Source: Mobula hypostoma (taxonomy: Eukaryota). Taken from it: a DNA stretch of 64,000 bases. The position numbers and the translations under genes were made by a program. Below the pieces are notes generated by a model. That model did not search any database. It saw only the letters and a list, made by a program, of their open reading frames with translations, and had not been told where the DNA came from. Shown here one piece after another: positions 61,163 to 64,000 of this stretch (its first letter is position 1; each line of letters begins with the position of its first letter). The stretch is taken from assembly GCF_963921235.1 (NCBI RefSeq), contig NC_086101.1, positions 9,364,001 through 9,428,000 on the forward strand, in the 5' to 3' direction.

Positions 61163-61585
61163 ACTGTCCCGTTGTAACCTCTGACAGCCCACCACACTAT
61201 CCACAACACCCCCAACCTTTGTGTCATCAGCAAATTTACTAACCCATCCCTCCACTTCCTCAACCAGGTCATGTATAAAAATCACAAAAAGTAGGGCTCC
61301 CAGAACAGATCCCTGAGGCACACCACTTGTCTCCGGCCTCCATGCAGAATATGACCTATCTCCAACCACTCTTTGCCTTCTGTGGGCAAGCCAGTTCTGG
61401 ATGCAGAAAGCAATGTCCCCTTGGATCCCATTCCTCCTTACTTTCTCAATAAGCCTTGCATGGGGTACCTTATCAAATGCTTTGCTAAAATCCAGAAGCA
61501 CTACATCTACGGCTCTACCTGCATAAATATGTTTCGTCACATCCTCAAACAATTCAATCAGGCTCGTAAGGCACGACCTGCCTTT
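61163..61585 (-). mobile_element. CR1 RT segment (host element, middle piece)
   Basis: [18 protein letters not shown]...[11 protein letters not shown]...GVPQGSVLG...FADDTK. Confidence 0.85.
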
Positions 61586-63112
61586 CATAGTCATAGTCAT
61601 ACTTTATTGATCCCAGGGGAAATTGGTTTTTGTTACAGTTGCACCATAAATAATAAATAGTAATAGAACCATAAATAGTTAAATAGTAATATGTAAATTA
61701 TGCCAGTAAATTATGAAATAAATCCAGGACCAGCCTATAGGCTCAGGGTGTCTGACCGTCCAAGGGAGGAGTTGTAAAGTTTGATGGCCACAGGCAGGAA
61801 TGACTTCCTATGATGCTCAGTGTTGCATCTCGGTGGAATGAGTCTCTGGCTGAATGTACTCCTGTGCCCAACCAGTCCATTATGTAGTGGATGGGAGACA
61901 TTGTCCAAGATGGCATGCAACTTGGACAGCATCCTCTTTTCAGACACCACCGTGAGAGAGTCCAGTTCCATCCCCACAACATCACTGGCCTTACAAATGA
62001 GTTTGTTGATTCTGTTGGTGTCTGCTACCCTCAGCCTGCTGCCCCAGCACACAACAGCAAACATGATAGCACTGGCCACCACAGACTCGTAGAACACCCT
62101 CAGCATCATCCGGCAGATGTTAAAGGACCTCAGTCTCCTCAGGAAATAGAGACGGCTCTGATCCTTCTTGTAGACAGCCTCAGTGTCCTTTGACCAGTCC
62201 AGTTTATTGTCAATTCGTATCCCCAGGTATCTGTAATCCTCCACCATGTCCACACTGACCCCCGGATGGAAACAGGGGTCACCGGTACCTTAGCTCTCCT
62301 CAGGTCTACCACCAGCTCCCTAGTCTTTTTCACATTAAGCTGCAGATAATTCTGCTCACACCTTGTGACAAAGTTTCCTACCGTAGCCCTGTACTCAGCC
62401 TCATCTCCCTTGCGGATGCATCCAACTATGGCAGAGTCATCCGAAAACTTCTGAAGATGACAAGACTCTGTGCAGTAGTTGAAGTCCGAGGTGTAAATGG
62501 TGAAGAGAAAGGGAGACAAGACAGTTCCCTGTGGAGCCCCAGTGCTGCTGATCACTCTGTCGGACACACAGTGTTGCAAGCACACGTACTGTGGTCTGCC
62601 AGTCAGGTAATCAAGAATCCATGATACCAGGGAAGCATTCACCTGCATCGCTGTCAGCTTCTCCCCCAGCAGAGCAGAGCGGATGGTGTTTAGGCACTGG
62701 AGAAGTCAAAAAACATGACCCTCACAGTGCTCGCTGGCTTGTCCAGGTGGGCGTAGACACAGTTCAGCAGATAGACAATGGTATCCTCAACTCCTAGTCG
62801 GGACTGGTAGGCGAACTTGAGAGGATCTAAGTGTTGTCTGACCATAGGCCAGAGCAGCTCCAGAACAAGTCTCTCCAGGGTCTTCATGATGTGGGAGGTC
62901 AATGCCACCGGTCTGTAGTCATTGAGGCCGCTGGGGCGCGGCGTCTTCGGCACAGGGACGAGGCAGAACGTCTTCCACAGTACAGGAACCCTCTGGAGCC
63001 TCAGGCTCAGGTTGAATACATGGCAAAGTACTCCATATAGCTGAGGGGCACAGGTTTTGAGCACCCTGGTACTGACACCATCCGGTCCTGCAGCCTTGCT
63101 TAGGTTGAGACG
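61586..63112 (-). mobile_element. Rex1-type LINE (RT) nested in CR1
   Basis: Same motifs and tail as 49208-51165. The host CR1 sequence cctgcctt|tgacaaagcc is cleanly split by it. Confidence 0.9.
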
Positions 63113-63765
63113 TTTTGACAAAGCCATGCTGGCTATTCCTAATCATATGAGGCCTCTCCAAGTGTTCATAAATCCTGCCTCTTAAGATCTTCTCCATCAA
63201 CTTACCAACCACTGAAGTGAGACTCACTGGCCTATAATTTTCTGGGCTATCCATACTCCCTTTCTTGAATAAAGGAACAGCATCCGCAACCCTTTAATCC
63301 TCCAGAACCTCTCCCATCCTCATTTATGATACAAAGATCATTGACAGAGGCTCAGCAATCTCCTCCCGCGCTTCCCACAATAGCCTGAGTAACATCCCAT
63401 CCAGTCCTGGTGACTTATCCAACTTGATGCTTTCCAAAACTCCAGCACATCCTCTTCCTTAATATCTACATTCTCAAGCTTTTTAGTCCACTGCAAACCA
63501 TCCCTACAATCGCCAAGATCCTTTTCCGCAGTAAACACTGAAGCAAAGTATTCATTAAGTACTTCTGCTATCTTCCCTGATTCCATACACACTTTTCCAC
63601 TCTCACACTTGATTGGTCCTATTCTCTCACACCTTATTCTCTTGCTCTTCACATACTTGTAGAATATCTTGGAGTTTTCCTTAATCCTGTCCGGCAATGC
63701 CTTCTCATGGCCCCTTCTGGCTCTCCTAATTACATTCTTAAACTCCTTCCTGCTAGCCTTATAAT
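63113..63765 (-). mobile_element. CR1 ORF2 segment (host element, 5' piece)
   Basis: KIFYKYVKSKR...LNEYFASVFT...NYRPVSLTSVVGKLMEKIL...SQHGFVK. Confidence 0.85.
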
Positions 63766-63767
63766 CT

Positions 63768-64000
63768 TAGCAACACACATCAAAGTTGCTGGTGAACGCA
63801 GCAGGCCAGGCAGCATCACTAGGAAGAGGTAGAGTCGACGTTTCGGGTCGAGACCCTTCGTCAGGACTAACTGAAAGAAGAGTTAGTAACAGATTTGAAA
63901 GTGGGAGGGGGAGGGGGAGATCCAAAATGATAGGAGAAGACAGGAGGGGGAGGGATGGAGCCATGAGCTGGACAGTTGATTGGCAAAAGGGATATGAGTG
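63768..64000 (-). mobile_element. Penelope-like terminal repeat (runs off the window)
   Basis: caacacacatcaaagttgctggtgaacgcagcaggccaggcagcatc terminus, shared with the other PLE ends in the window. Confidence 0.75.
63833..63868 (-). ncRNA. Minimal type I hammerhead ribozyme motif
   Basis: Minus strand reads AGTC-CTGACGA-A-GGGT(CTCG)ACCC-GAAA-CG-TC-GACT: stem I, catalytic core CUGANGA, stem II, GAAA, and a GUC cleavage triplet. Confidence 0.7.

Overview
Eukaryotic, repeat-dense genomic DNA. It is not prokaryotic: I found no operons, rRNA, CRISPR or real tRNA genes. The repeat families and the TRIM sequences point to a cartilaginous fish, probably a ray (inference). The window lies inside a tandem cluster of RING/B-box/coiled-coil/PRY-SPRY (B30.2) TRIM genes. 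It holds the terminal PRY-SPRY exon of one gene (5211-5743, +), a truncated stop-less paralogous SPRY remnant inside a duplicated block (~34.1-39.3 kb), and the first three coding exons of another TRIM gene (54526-56138, +), which has an ISRE/IRF-like motif just upstream of its ATG. Most of the rest is nested retroelements: many CR1 LINEs (one full-length with a 7-bp TSD, one with an uninterrupted EN+RT frame), Rex1/Babar-type LINEs, Penelope-like elements, L1 and Tx1 fragments, tRNA-derived SINEs and a 4.4-kb Gypsy LTR retrotransposon. Signals beyond standard annotation include minimal hammerhead-ribozyme motifs in Penelope-derived repeats (one intact), a GGGAAAC-plus-stem -1 frameshift cassette in the Gypsy element, and missing TSDs with diverged LTRs in that element. 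There is also a duplicated and inverted CTCF-like site, a minisatellite born inside a SINE, and an inverted copy of a TE-TE junction. I see no convincing wholly new gene system. Most short ORFs in the track are TE debris or antisense shadows. Boundaries of decayed repeats are approximate, and identities were counted by eye.
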